Both the position numbers and the translations under genes were made by a program. Of a stretch of 64,000 bases of DNA, positions 8,938 through 18,572 are shown one piece after another. Within the stretch, counting starts at the first letter, position 1; each line of letters opens with the position of its first letter. The notes under the pieces were generated by a model. That model made no database searches and was not told the origin of the DNA. It saw only the letters and a list, made by a program, of their open reading frames with translations. The stretch comes from a virus (Duplodnaviria > Heunggongvirae > Uroviricota > Caudoviricetes): the IMG/VR virus record IMGVR_UViG_3300021961_000056; one strand, written 5' to 3'.

Positions 8938-9876
8938 ATGGAAACCAATCGTGAGCAGTTTCTTTGGGTTGAAAAGTATCGTCCTCGGACCATTCGTGAT
9001 TGTATTCTACCTGACAATTTAAAAAACACATTCCAGGAGTTTGTGGATCAGGACAACATTCCTAATATGTTGTTGTCTGGCACAGCCGGGACAGGTAAGA
9101 CTACAGTTGCCCGGGCTCTGTGTGAAGAATTGGGGTGTGACTACATCATTGTCAACGGTTCGGATGAGGGGATTGATGTATTGAGAACAAAAATCAAGGA
9201 CTTTGCAAGTACTATTTCGTTATCCGGAAAGATTAAGGTTGTCATACTTGACGAAGCAGATTATCTCACCTGGAAAACACAACCCGCTCTCCGTGGATTC
9301 ATTGAAGAATTCAGCAAGAATTGTCGGTTCATTTTCACTTGCAACTTTGCCAACAAAATCATCGCGCCACTTCATAGTCGGACCACAGTGATTGATTTTC
9401 GTTTGACTAAGCAGGATCGTCCTCTAATGGCAGCAAAGTTTTTCAAGCGTGTTGTGGACATTTTGAATCAAGAAAACATCACACACAATCCCAAGGTGGT
9501 GGCAGAGATTGTGAACAAGTATTTTCCTGATTATCGTCGTGTGTTGAATGAACTTCAGCGGTACTCAGCTTCTGGTACTATTGATGAAGGCATATTAGCG
9601 AGCATCTCGGATGCCAACTTAAAGGATTTGGTATCAGCTCTTCGTGAAAAGGATTTCAAGAAGATGCGTACTTGGGTGGTGAACAACTTGGACAATGATC
9701 CGAATGTATTGTTCCGAAAGTTGTATGATACATTGATGACGGAAGTGGTTCAAGTTCCTCAACTGGTTCTTCTGTTGGCTGATTATCAGTACAAGGCAGC
9801 ATTTGTGGCTGATGCTGAAATCAATCTTGTGGCGTGTCTCACAGAAATCATGGCAGCATGCGAGATGAAGTCATGA
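8938..9876 (+). CDS. 44: clamp loader large subunit (T4 gp44 homolog, RFC-like AAA+)
   Basis: Walker A LLSGTAGTGKTT, Walker B ILDEADYL; synteny. Confidence 0.85.
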   Translation: METNREQFLWVEKYRPRTIRDCILPDNLKNTFQEFVDQDNIPNMLLSGTAGTGKTTVARALCEELGCDYIIVNGSDEGIDVLRTKIKDFASTISLSGKIKVVILDEADYLTWKTQPALRGFIEEFSKNCRFIFTCNFANKIIAPLHSRTTVIDFRLTKQDRPLMAAKFFKRVVDILNQENITHNPKVVAEIVNKYFPDYRRVLNELQRYSASGTIDEGILASISDANLKDLVSALREKDFKKMRTWVVNNLDNDPNVLFRKLYDTLMTEVVQVPQLVLLLADYQYKAAFVADAEINLVACLTEIMAACEMKS

Positions 9877-10331
9877 CCCAGAAGAATCTTGATGGTGAAT
9901 TCATCAAGGATTGGATTGTAGAAGAAGATTATGAAATACCGAAAATCAGTCCGTTTGATTTTGTAAATGCCATACATTACACAAAAGAAAATCTCGTCGT
10001 TGATGATTGGAGCGAGAAACAATATAATCCGTTTGTAGTAAACAAGTCATTGAGTTTCGGGGCTGATACTGTTATCCCTGCTAATGAAATGAATAGTCGT
10101 CCCCATCTGGAAAATCGCCTCCAGTTCGACTTCCTTATAAATACCATTAGACCTCGTAAGCGGTTTAACAAATGGTTAAAGGCTGAGAAAATTGAAGACC
10201 TTGAAGTGGTGAAACAGTATTATAATTACAATACTGAAAAAGCCTTACAAGCTCTGAGAATTCTATCACCTGAACAAATAAATACAATTAAGGAACGATT
10301 GAACACAGGTGGTTTAACAAATGGCACATGA
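9873..10331 (+). CDS. 62: clamp loader small subunit (T4 gp62-like)
   Basis: ATG 9873 overlaps gp44 stop (ATGA); position between gp44 and regA; weak similarity to gp62 (PRKRFNKWLK vs PRGKRYGKWAK). Confidence 0.65.
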   Translation: MTQKNLDGEFIKDWIVEEDYEIPKISPFDFVNAIHYTKENLVVDDWSEKQYNPFVVNKSLSFGADTVIPANEMNSRPHLENRLQFDFLINTIRPRKRFNKWLKAEKIEDLEVVKQYYNYNTEKALQALRILSPEQINTIKERLNTGGLTNGT

Positions 10332-10740
10332 TTTAATTAATATACCAAGTATCCCAGGATATACACCTTTAGAAGTGAAATTGGTGAATCAAGATGATTT
10401 TCTAAAGGTTCGTGAGACACTAACCCGTATCGGTGTGGCTTCACGCAAAGACCAAACTCTGTATCAAAGCTGTCACATCTTGCATAAGCAAGGTAGATAT
10501 TTCATTGTTCATTTCAAGGAACTATTTGCTCTTGATGGCAAGCAAGCTGATTTGTCTGACAATGATATGCAACGCAGAAACACCGTGGCGCATCTTTTGG
10601 AAGATTGGGGATTAGTGGAGATTGTAAACGCTGATGATTGTGAAGATACAGCTCCATTATCACAAATCAAAGTATTGGCATTTGGTGAAAAGAAGGATTG
10701 GAACTTAGTGGCTAAATATAATATTGGAAAAAAGAAGTAA
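10321..10740 (+). CDS. regA: translational repressor RegA
   Basis: DFLKVRETLTRIGVASRKDQTLYQSCHILHKQGRYFIVHFKEL matches T4 RegA (DFLKVKETLTRMGIANNKDKVLYQSCHILHKKGLYYIVHFKEM) nearly residue for residue. Confidence 0.9.
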   Translation: MAHDLINIPSIPGYTPLEVKLVNQDDFLKVRETLTRIGVASRKDQTLYQSCHILHKQGRYFIVHFKELFALDGKQADLSDNDMQRRNTVAHLLEDWGLVEIVNADDCEDTAPLSQIKVLAFGEKKDWNLVAKYNIGKKK

Positions 10741-10755
10741 CACTTGATTGTAGGG

Positions 10756-10765
10756 GTGTTAGGAG
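10756..10765. repeat. Inverted repeat arm GTGTTAGGAG (partner at 11264-11273) flanking the hsp20 gene
   Basis: 10/10 reverse-complement match (11/12 with flanks) bracketing one gene. Confidence 0.5.
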
Positions 10766-10827
10766 TTAAATTAACCTTAGATACGCCGACAGGGTATCAC
10801 TAACACATTCGCTCGAAAGGAGGAATT

Positions 10828-11253
10828 ATGACACGTACCTATACATTCAACACATCATCTCTTGGTGGACCATGGGCAATCGGATTCGATAACCTATGGG
10901 ACCGTTTACATAACATTGAAACGGTTAATAGCGCAAGCAATTATCCACCATACAACATCATCAAGCACGATGCTGAAAATTGGAGCATCGAATTGGCTGT
11001 GGCTGGGTTCAAGCGCAGTGAACTTGATGTGGAATTGGCTGAAGGTGTTCTCACCGTATCGGCCAAGGCAGAATCATCTGATGAAAAGGAATATGTTCAT
11101 CGGGGTCTTGCCAAGCGGGCATTTGTCCGTAAATGGACACTTGCTGATGACGTAGTAGTGCGTGATGCTTCATTGGTTGATGGTGTACTAGCTATCAAGC
11201 TAGAACGCATCATTCCAGAAGAAAAGAAGCCACGTAAGATTGAAGTTTTGTAA
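10828..11253 (+). CDS. small heat-shock protein, Hsp20/IbpA family
   Basis: PPYNI...NWSIELAVAGF...HRGLAKRAFVRKWTLADDVVV...LERIIPEEKKPRKIEV aligns along full length with E. coli IbpA. Confidence 0.85.
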   Translation: MTRTYTFNTSSLGGPWAIGFDNLWDRLHNIETVNSASNYPPYNIIKHDAENWSIELAVAGFKRSELDVELAEGVLTVSAKAESSDEKEYVHRGLAKRAFVRKWTLADDVVVRDASLVDGVLAIKLERIIPEEKKPRKIEVL

Positions 11254-11263
11254 TTAAGTAGTC

Positions 11264-11273
11264 CTCCTAACAC
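11264..11273. repeat. Inverted repeat arm CTCCTAACAC (partner of 10756-10765)
   Basis: see partner. Confidence 0.5.
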
Positions 11274-11292
11274 TCCTACAATTGAGTTTATC

Positions 11293-11595
11293 ATGGCATT
11301 AATGTGCATCAAGACCCTATTGGGTGAAGATTTAATTGGCGATGTTGAAGTACGTGAGTACACCGTAGAGATTGACACGCCATTGATGGTGATGATTGTT
11401 CCCAATGAGAAGGGACAATACAGCGTGGGACTTGCGCCGTACATGATTTTTGCGGCCAGCAGAAAGTTCTCGTTTGATAAGAATCACATCATCCTGTTTA
11501 CAGAACCCGCAGATGAACTGCGTAATCAATACCACAACCTCACAGGAAAGGGTATTGTGGTCCCATCCAAGCCTAAGATAGAGCTTGTCCCATGA
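11293..11595 (+). CDS. hypothetical protein
   Basis: 100-aa ORF, ATGA overlap with next gene. Confidence 0.45.
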   Translation: MALMCIKTLLGEDLIGDVEVREYTVEIDTPLMVMIVPNEKGQYSVGLAPYMIFAASRKFSFDKNHIILFTEPADELRNQYHNLTGKGIVVPSKPKIELVP

Positions 11596-12968
11596 AGAAA
11601 CTATTAGTGGGTTATGATGTTATGACCTACAATGGGGAAATACCCAATTGTCTAGATAGTAAATTTTTAGAATCACTTCAGAAGGATAGCAATTTTGATT
11701 TTAAAAATTCTGGAGATAAGTTTGCAAAAACTTGGGGACATCATTGGACTTTATATAACAGTGGCTTCTGGGATAATTTCATAGACAAAAAATCTGTTTA
11801 TGAAATTTTAAAAAACTATTCTAAAGAAAGATGGTTCTATCTTGTTGAACCGTTTGGAAATTTAGAAATTTTTTTCGGTAATAACAATCAACAAAAACTA
11901 TTGTTGGAAAACATTCCAGATGTTGTATTAAAAGAAATACAACACGGTAATGCCTATTTGCTTATCAATTACATTATTGATGGGGGATTAGGTATGACCC
12001 AAGAGAACTTTAAAAAAATAATCAATTACACAAAAAAGAATTGGATTCCGGATCATAAAGTTGTTCTCATTTTTCAAGACTTTAAACTAGCAGAAAACAT
12101 GAAGCAACTTAATAGTGGCTACAAAGTTTTTGATTTCAACCTAGCATTATTAAATAAGGCTCAGGAGTTTGTTAACATTCTAAACAATCCATATTTTTCT
12201 TATTGGGGTAAAAATGGTCATGACCCGCAGTTTGGTTATGTAGGAGAAACTCGTAGTACAGTAGCAACATATGACGATTTTGAAAAATCTATTGGCAATG
12301 ATAAAAAGGATTTTCTTTTTCTTTGTCGTAGATGGAAACTTCATCGTTTACGCGTTATGAGTGTATTGCACAAATTAGGATTGCAAAATAATTTAGTATC
12401 TTGGGACCAAAGATTTTTCCAAGAATGGCAAGAAGATATTGCACGATTCAAGCAAGTTGATGACAATCATGAAGTAATAGAGCTGCTTAGAACCACATCT
12501 AATTTTTTAGACACACCGGACTTAATTAAAATTGCTGGTTATGGTTTCGAAGAAAAGTCGTTGTATCTAAAAAGTTATATTAGTATTGTTGGTGAAAGCA
12601 TGTTTTTTCAACCTGATACTTCTTTTCCTTCTGGTTATTTGAGTGAAAAAATTTGGAAGCCTATTGGACATGCACAACCATTCATATTATTAGGTCCACA
12701 TAAATCTCTTTCTTATCTAAAGGAAATAGGTTTCAAGACCTTTCATCCTTTCATAGATGAATCATATGATGATGAGGCGAATGGTATGATTAGGCTGGAA
12801 AAGATTTTAGCTGAAATTAAAAAATTTGCTAGTAAAACTAAGCAAGAAAAAGATGAATTTCTACATCAAGTAAAAGATATTGTTAAACATAATCAAGATA
12901 AATTTTTAAATTATCCAAAAACTTTCTATGAGGATTGTAATAGAATTATAGGCAGTATTAGTGCTTGA
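11592..12968 (+). CDS. glycosyltransferase family 10 (alpha-1,3-fucosyltransferase)-like protein, paralog A
   Basis: VGESMFFQPDTSFPSGYLSEKIWKP resembles GT10 FENS...Y(V/I)TEK(F/L)W motif; AT-rich (~30% GC); shares C-terminal architecture with ORFs at 35711 and 46696. Confidence 0.55.
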   Translation: MKKLLVGYDVMTYNGEIPNCLDSKFLESLQKDSNFDFKNSGDKFAKTWGHHWTLYNSGFWDNFIDKKSVYEILKNYSKERWFYLVEPFGNLEIFFGNNNQQKLLLENIPDVVLKEIQHGNAYLLINYIIDGGLGMTQENFKKIINYTKKNWIPDHKVVLIFQDFKLAENMKQLNSGYKVFDFNLALLNKAQEFVNILNNPYFSYWGKNGHDPQFGYVGETRSTVATYDDFEKSIGNDKKDFLFLCRRWKLHRLRVMSVLHKLGLQNNLVSWDQRFFQEWQEDIARFKQVDDNHEVIELLRTTSNFLDTPDLIKIAGYGFEEKSLYLKSYISIVGESMFFQPDTSFPSGYLSEKIWKPIGHAQPFILLGPHKSLSYLKEIGFKTFHPFIDESYDDEANGMIRLEKILAEIKKFASKTKQEKDEFLHQVKDIVKHNQDKFLNYPKTFYEDCNRIIGSISA

Positions 12969-12993
12969 CAGATAGAAAAATCCTTACTATATT
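12965..12993 (+). promoter_or_regulatory. sigma70-like promoter TTGACA-17bp-TATATT upstream of DNA polymerase
   Basis: TTGACA 12965-12970, TATATT 12988-12993, exact 17-bp spacer; no upstream hairpin. Confidence 0.55.
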
Positions 12994-13024
12994 ATGAAAG
13001 TATTCAAGTCCCGGGAGTGGATGA

Positions 13025-15541
13025 ATGGCATTGAAAAGTTTTTACACAAACGTGATGCAGGTGGGGAATAAGATTCTTGTCCGTGAGGTCAGGAATGGTA
13101 AGCGTGACAATCTGAAAGTGGGATTTCGTCCCACGTTGTTTATTCCCTCCAAGACAGAAAGCAAATACAAGAGTTTGTTTGGTGACAATCTTGAATCTTT
13201 GCAATGTCTCGACATCAATGATGCAAAAGATTTCATAAAGAAATACAAGGATGTGGAAAACTTTCCCATCTTTGGCAATACATCTTTTGCCTATCAATAC
13301 ATCACAGAACAATATCCTGATGAAGTGGATTACGACATCAGCCAGTTGACTATTCTCACACTGGACATTGAAACAGCTTCCGAGAATGGATTCCCTAACG
13401 TGGATAATCCTCTTGAAGAAGTTCTTCTCATCACAGTTCAAGACAACATCACCAAGAAGATTACAACCTTTGGTGCCAAGAAGTTTGATGTCAACAACAT
13501 CAAGCACATTAAAAACAGAAACAATTACGAATACATCAAGTGCAAAGATGAAGCTGATTTGCTCTTGACGTTTCTTCGTTTCTGGCAAATGACGATGCCT
13601 GATGTTGTGACAGGATGGAACACACAACTATTCGACTTGCCTTATCTGGTGGGAAGAATGCGTAGAATCATTGGTGAGGAGAAGGTGAAGGACTTGTCTC
13701 CTTGGCGTATTGTGAATGATAGAACCATCACGATGAATGGTCGTGAATATCCCATTGCTGACATCTATGGTGTGAGCAATTTGGATTACTTGGACTTATA
13801 CAAGAAGTTTACATATTCAGCTCAAGAAAGTTACAAACTGGATTACATTGCTCAACAAGAATTGGGACAAAGAAAGTTGGAGCATGGATATGAAACATTC
13901 AAAGAACATTACACAGAAGATTGGCAATCATTTGTAGAGTATAACGTCATTGACGTAGAACTGGTGGATGCTCTAGAAGATAAAATGAAGTTGATTGAAT
14001 TGGTTATCACCATGGCGTATGATGCCAAGTGTAACTTCACAGACATTTTCTCGGCAGTACGAACCTGGGATTGCATTCTTCATAATCATCTCTGGGCCAA
14101 GAACATCATTGTTCATCAAAAGAAAGACAATGTGGGTCGCACCATTGCAGGTGCCTATGTAAAGGAACCCACGCCAGGTAAGTATGATTGGGTGGTGAGT
14201 TTCGACGCCGCCTCTCTATATCCTAGCATCATCATGCAATACAACATGAGTCCTGAGACCATGAGGCAAGAATTCACAGCCGATTGCACGCCTGAACAAT
14301 TGTTGGAGAATGAAATTGATTATGCAACATTTCTTCAAAACAAGAATGTTGCCATGGCAGCTAATGGATATTGCTACACACATACACATCAAGGGTTGTT
14401 CCCAGAAATTGTAGAAAAGATTTTCAGTGAACGTGTGTTCTATAAAAAGAAGATGATTGAGGCACAAAAGGAGTATGAAAAGACGAAAGATGCTCAACAA
14501 GTAAAACTCATCAGCAAGTATAACAACATTCAAATGGCTCGTAAGATTCAGTTGAACAGTTTATATGGTGCCTGGGCCAATCAATACTTTCGGTTCTATG
14601 ATGATAGGATTGCCGAAGGCATCACATTGTCCGGTCAGTACATCATTCAGCATGTGGGTCGTGCCTTGAATGATTATCTGAACAAGGTGTGTCAAACTTC
14701 TGATGTTGAATATACATTCTATTCTGATACAGATAGTTGTTACATCACATTGGATAAATTGGTTCAAAAGCATTTCTCACATCTAGATAAAAACAAGATT
14801 GTGGATGTCATTGACAAGTTGTGTAAGGAAAAGATTTCTGAAGTTCTCGCCAAGGCGTGTGAAGAAATCATGGCTCGCACAAATGGATATGTGTCCAAGA
14901 TGGAGTTTAAGCGAGAAGTGATTGCCGACAGAGCCATTTGGGTTGCCAAGAAGCGTTACGCCTTGAACGTGTATGATAGTGAAGGAGTTCGATACAAGGA
15001 ACCCAAGTTGAAGGTGCAAGGATTGGAGATTGTTCGCAGCTCAACTCCTGGATCCGTTCGGCAATATCTTCGTGATGCTGTGAAAATGGCATTGACTAGT
15101 ACACAAGCAGAGATTCAAGACTTCATTGCCGATTTGGAACAGAAGTTCATGCAAATGTCTCCAGAAGAAATTGCCTTTCCAAGAAGCGCCAACAACTTGG
15201 CGAAGTATCATTCTGGTAGCACCATTTACATCAAGGCAACTCCCTTGCACGTTCGTGGCGCCTTGTTGTATAATCATCACATCAAAGCAAAAAAGCTGGA
15301 CAAAAAATATGAATTGATTAAAGAAGGTGATAAAATTAAATATCTCTACCTAAAGGAACCAAATCCCATCAAGGAGAACAGCATCGCCTTTACTGGTAGT
15401 TTACCAAAAGAACTTGACTTACACAAGTATGTTGATTATAATACAATGTTCGACAAGAGTTTCTTGGAACCTATGAGAACCATTCTGGATTGTCTGGGAT
15501 GGAGTACAAATAAGATTGCCACTTTAGATGATTTATTCTAG
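13025..15541 (+). CDS. 43: DNA polymerase, family B (T4 gp43 homolog)
   Basis: Exo motif LTLDIETAS; pol motifs FDAASLYPSII, KIQLNSLYG, YSDTDSCY; 838 aa. Confidence 0.95.
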   Translation: MALKSFYTNVMQVGNKILVREVRNGKRDNLKVGFRPTLFIPSKTESKYKSLFGDNLESLQCLDINDAKDFIKKYKDVENFPIFGNTSFAYQYITEQYPDEVDYDISQLTILTLDIETASENGFPNVDNPLEEVLLITVQDNITKKITTFGAKKFDVNNIKHIKNRNNYEYIKCKDEADLLLTFLRFWQMTMPDVVTGWNTQLFDLPYLVGRMRRIIGEEKVKDLSPWRIVNDRTITMNGREYPIADIYGVSNLDYLDLYKKFTYSAQESYKLDYIAQQELGQRKLEHGYETFKEHYTEDWQSFVEYNVIDVELVDALEDKMKLIELVITMAYDAKCNFTDIFSAVRTWDCILHNHLWAKNIIVHQKKDNVGRTIAGAYVKEPTPGKYDWVVSFDAASLYPSIIMQYNMSPETMRQEFTADCTPEQLLENEIDYATFLQNKNVAMAANGYCYTHTHQGLFPEIVEKIFSERVFYKKKMIEAQKEYEKTKDAQQVKLISKYNNIQMARKIQLNSLYGAWANQYFRFYDDRIAEGITLSGQYIIQHVGRALNDYLNKVCQTSDVEYTFYSDTDSCYITLDKLVQKHFSHLDKNKIVDVIDKLCKEKISEVLAKACEEIMARTNGYVSKMEFKREVIADRAIWVAKKRYALNVYDSEGVRYKEPKLKVQGLEIVRSSTPGSVRQYLRDAVKMALTSTQAEIQDFIADLEQKFMQMSPEEIAFPRSANNLAKYHSGSTIYIKATPLHVRGALLYNHHIKAKKLDKKYELIKEGDKIKYLYLKEPNPIKENSIAFTGSLPKELDLHKYVDYNTMFDKSFLEPMRTILDCLGWSTNKIATLDDLF

Positions 15542-15550
15542 GAGAATGAT

Positions 15551-16600
15551 ATGTCATTAATTAATAAACTACGAAAGAATTCCACAATTCGTGAAACAGA
15601 AGTCTTGACTGATAGCAAGTTCTTCACCGCCAAGGACATGATTCAAACGCCTGTGCCTATGATTAACGTGGCATTGTCTGGTCGTTTGGATGGTGGTTTG
15701 ACGCCTGGCTTGACGGTGTTTGCTGGACCAAGTAAGCACTTCAAGACCGCCTTTGCCATGTTGCTCGCCAAGAGTTACTTGGAGAAGTATGAAGATGCCG
15801 CCATCTTGTTCTATGATTCCGAGTTTGGTGCTCCGGCAGGATATTTTCAAAGTTTCGGCATTGACACCAATCGTGTGATTCACACACCCATCACAGACAT
15901 TGAACAGCTCAAGCATGATATGATGTCACAAATCAACAACATTGAACGTGGTGAGCATGTCATCATCATTGTTGACTCCATTGGCAACTTGGCTTCACGC
16001 AAAGAAGTGGAAGATGCTTTGGATGGCAAGAGTGTGGCAGACATGACTCGCGCCAAGCAGCTCAAGAGCTTGTTCAGAATGGCAACTCCTCATCTCACCA
16101 TCAAGGACATCCCGATGGTGGTGGTGAATCACACTTACAAGGAAATTGGAATGTTTCCGAAGGATATCGTGTCAGGTGGTACTGGCATCTACTATTCTGC
16201 CGACAACATCTTCATCATTGGTCGTCAACAGGAAAAGGATGCTGATGGCTTGACAGGGTACAACTTCATCATCAATGTTGAGAAGTCTCGCTTTGTTCGT
16301 GAGAAAAGCAAGATTCCTGTTGAGGTGTCATTTGAGGGTGGTATCAGCACTTGGTCTGGGCTTCTGGATGTGGCATTGGAATCTGGTCATGTAGTGAAGC
16401 CTCAGAATGGTTGGTATCAGAAGAAGGGTGAGGAAAAGAAGTATCGGCAGAATGATACATACACCAGGGAGTTCTGGATGCCTGTACTCAAGGATGCAAC
16501 ATTCCAAGATTGGATTAAAACAAACTATGCCATTTCCACTTCATCTCTTGTGGCTGAATTTACAGATGAATTGATTTCCAAGGAATATGACAATGCTTAA
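15551..16600 (+). CDS. uvsX: UvsX/RecA-family recombinase
   Basis: Walker A FAGPSKHFKT, RecA-like core, size 349 aa, T4 position after gp43. Confidence 0.85.
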   Translation: MSLINKLRKNSTIRETEVLTDSKFFTAKDMIQTPVPMINVALSGRLDGGLTPGLTVFAGPSKHFKTAFAMLLAKSYLEKYEDAAILFYDSEFGAPAGYFQSFGIDTNRVIHTPITDIEQLKHDMMSQINNIERGEHVIIIVDSIGNLASRKEVEDALDGKSVADMTRAKQLKSLFRMATPHLTIKDIPMVVVNHTYKEIGMFPKDIVSGGTGIYYSADNIFIIGRQQEKDADGLTGYNFIINVEKSRFVREKSKIPVEVSFEGGISTWSGLLDVALESGHVVKPQNGWYQKKGEEKKYRQNDTYTREFWMPVLKDATFQDWIKTNYAISTSSLVAEFTDELISKEYDNA

Positions 16601-16898
16601 ATATGTAGTTAAACTAAATGAGCATTATAAGGACAAGACCACAGCAAACTCTTATATTGAAATACAAGAAGAACCTTACGTTGGGACATCTTTTGTGTTT
16701 GGTCCTATTGAATTTTCTGGAGAGAGTTCTGAAGGTAATGGTTTAATTAATTTTGACTATCACTTGTTATTCGTTCCGGAAAACATTATATTCCAAGAAC
16801 ATAAAACCGGCATAGAAACCATGATATCCAAAATTCTTCAAGACATTTTAGAAAAAGAAGTTTTAAATCAAGGAGCAGAAAACAATGCCACAATATAA
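16587..16898 (+). CDS. hypothetical protein, tandem paralog 1
   Basis: 103 aa; shares FxFGxIEF(S/T)G...(F/Y)DYxLL(F/Y)(V/I)PENII...(I/L)LEDILEK with next ORF. Confidence 0.5.
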   Translation: MTMLKYVVKLNEHYKDKTTANSYIEIQEEPYVGTSFVFGPIEFSGESSEGNGLINFDYHLLFVPENIIFQEHKTGIETMISKILQDILEKEVLNQGAENNATI

Positions 16899-17199
16899 AA
16901 TACATAACAACAATAGATATACTGATGTGGTAACAGACAATTTTATTGAAATAACATCTGGAGGATTTGAAGGAGTACATTTTAATTTCGGTAAAATTGA
17001 ATTTACTGGTGATGATGAAGAATCTACTTCGGTGAAATATGATTACAACCTTCTGTATATTCCAGAAAATATTATAATTGATGTAGATAGGCCGTTGTTG
17101 GAACGTGAATTGGGAAGAATATTGGAAGACATTCTAGAAAAAATGGTGCCTAAAAATGAAACTGGAACTGCTGATACTGAATCAACTACTGAAGGATGA
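16885..17199 (+). CDS. hypothetical protein, tandem paralog 2
   Basis: 104 aa; paralog of 16587-16898. Confidence 0.5.
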   Translation: MPQYKIHNNNRYTDVVTDNFIEITSGGFEGVHFNFGKIEFTGDDEESTSVKYDYNLLYIPENIIIDVDRPLLERELGRILEDILEKMVPKNETGTADTESTTEG

Positions 17200-18541
17200 A
17201 GATTATCTACGACGAGTAATTCCCTTTTTAAAGGATGAATATTTTACAGATTGGTCGGAACGAAAAGTTTTTCAGAATGTAAAAACGTTTGTGGAACAAT
17301 ACAATGTTGCTCCAAGTGTAGAAGCCTTGGAGATTTCATTACAGGGTGACAAGACTTTGACTGAGGAAGAGTTCACAAAGGTTGTGGACATTGTACAAAC
17401 GTTTGGTGAACAGCAGACAAACAAGGAATGGATTCTGGATGAAACAGAAAAGTTCTGTAAGGACAAGGCGGTGTACAATGCCATTGTTCAATCCATTCAA
17501 ATCATTGATGGTAAAGACAAGAAGTTTACAAGTGAGGCCATTCCAGAAATTCTGAAAGATGCCCTGGGAGTTAGCTTCGACAATAGTGTTGGACATGATT
17601 ATTTGATAGACTCGGATGACAGATTTGAATTCTATCACAAGACAGAAGAACGCATTCCTTTCGACTTGGATATGTTCAATAAAATCACAAAGGGTGGATT
17701 GCCGAACAAAACATTGAACATTGCTTTGGCAGGCACTGGTGTGGGTAAGAGTTTGTTCATGTGTCACATGGCGGCAGGTGCCATGAGTCAAGGCAAGAAT
17801 GTCTTGTACATCACAATGGAAATGGCAGAAGAAAGAATTGCCGAACGTATTGACGCCAACTTGATGAACGTCACAATGGATGATTTAAAGAATCTTCCGA
17901 AACAAATGTTTGATGATAGAATTTCTCGCATCAGAAACAAGTCGGAAGGCAAGCTCATCATCAAGGAATATCCTACAGCTTCAGCACATTCTGGTCATTT
18001 CAGGGCTTTGTTGAATGAATTGAACTTGAAAAAGGAGTTTCGTCCGGACATCATCTTCATTGATTACTTGAACATTTGTGCCAGTAGCAGGTTCAAGATG
18101 TCTGGAAGTGTGAACAGCTACATCTACATCAAGGGTATCGCAGAAGAACTTCGTGGCTTGGCTGTGGAATTCAATGTCCCAATTGTGTCAGCTACACAAA
18201 CTACAAGGAGTGGTTATGCAAATAGTGACATGGAGCTTACTGATACTTCTGAGTCATTTGGACTTCCGGCAACTGCGGACTTCATGTTTGGTATTATTTC
18301 CACAGAAGATTTGGAGAAGCTCGGACAACTACTCATCAAACAATTGAAGAATCGGTACAATGATCCTTCTCAACACAAGAGATTTGTGATTGGTGTTGAC
18401 AGAGCCAAGATGAGATTGTATGATGTGGATGCTTCGGCACAAAAGAACATCATGCAGGAAGATGTAAAAGTGGAACAAAAGCCCGTATCCTTTAGTTCCA
18501 AGATGTTTGCAAAGAAGAATTTCGACAGCATAAAATTTTAG
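17156..18541 (+). CDS. 41: DnaB-family replicative DNA helicase (T4 gp41 homolog)
   Basis: Walker A ALAGTGVGKSLFMCHMAAG, ITMEM; N-terminus resembles gp41; 461 aa. Confidence 0.85.
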   Translation: MKLELLILNQLLKDEDYLRRVIPFLKDEYFTDWSERKVFQNVKTFVEQYNVAPSVEALEISLQGDKTLTEEEFTKVVDIVQTFGEQQTNKEWILDETEKFCKDKAVYNAIVQSIQIIDGKDKKFTSEAIPEILKDALGVSFDNSVGHDYLIDSDDRFEFYHKTEERIPFDLDMFNKITKGGLPNKTLNIALAGTGVGKSLFMCHMAAGAMSQGKNVLYITMEMAEERIAERIDANLMNVTMDDLKNLPKQMFDDRISRIRNKSEGKLIIKEYPTASAHSGHFRALLNELNLKKEFRPDIIFIDYLNICASSRFKMSGSVNSYIYIKGIAEELRGLAVEFNVPIVSATQTTRSGYANSDMELTDTSESFGLPATADFMFGIISTEDLEKLGQLLIKQLKNRYNDPSQHKRFVIGVDRAKMRLYDVDASAQKNIMQEDVKVEQKPVSFSSKMFAKKNFDSIKF

Positions 18542-18549
18542 TATAAATA
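18542..18549 (+). promoter_or_regulatory. T4-late-promoter-like TATAAATA box
   Basis: Exact TATAAATA 24 nt upstream of ATG 18573. Confidence 0.3.
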
Positions 18550-18572
18550 CGTGAGAACAGACGGAGGTCCCT

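Noticed and set aside
10741-10800. Possible weak promoter TTGATT-17-TAAATT upstream of hsp20
   Set aside because: Both hexamers deviate from consensus and there is no supporting hairpin or conservation. Not reported as a feature.
13004-15280. Several minus-strand and alternative-frame ORFs inside the DNA polymerase gene (e.g. 13004-13627, 14216-14533, 15041-15280)
   Set aside because: They are embedded in a gene with unambiguous family-B polymerase motifs in the + frame, so they are shadow ORFs.
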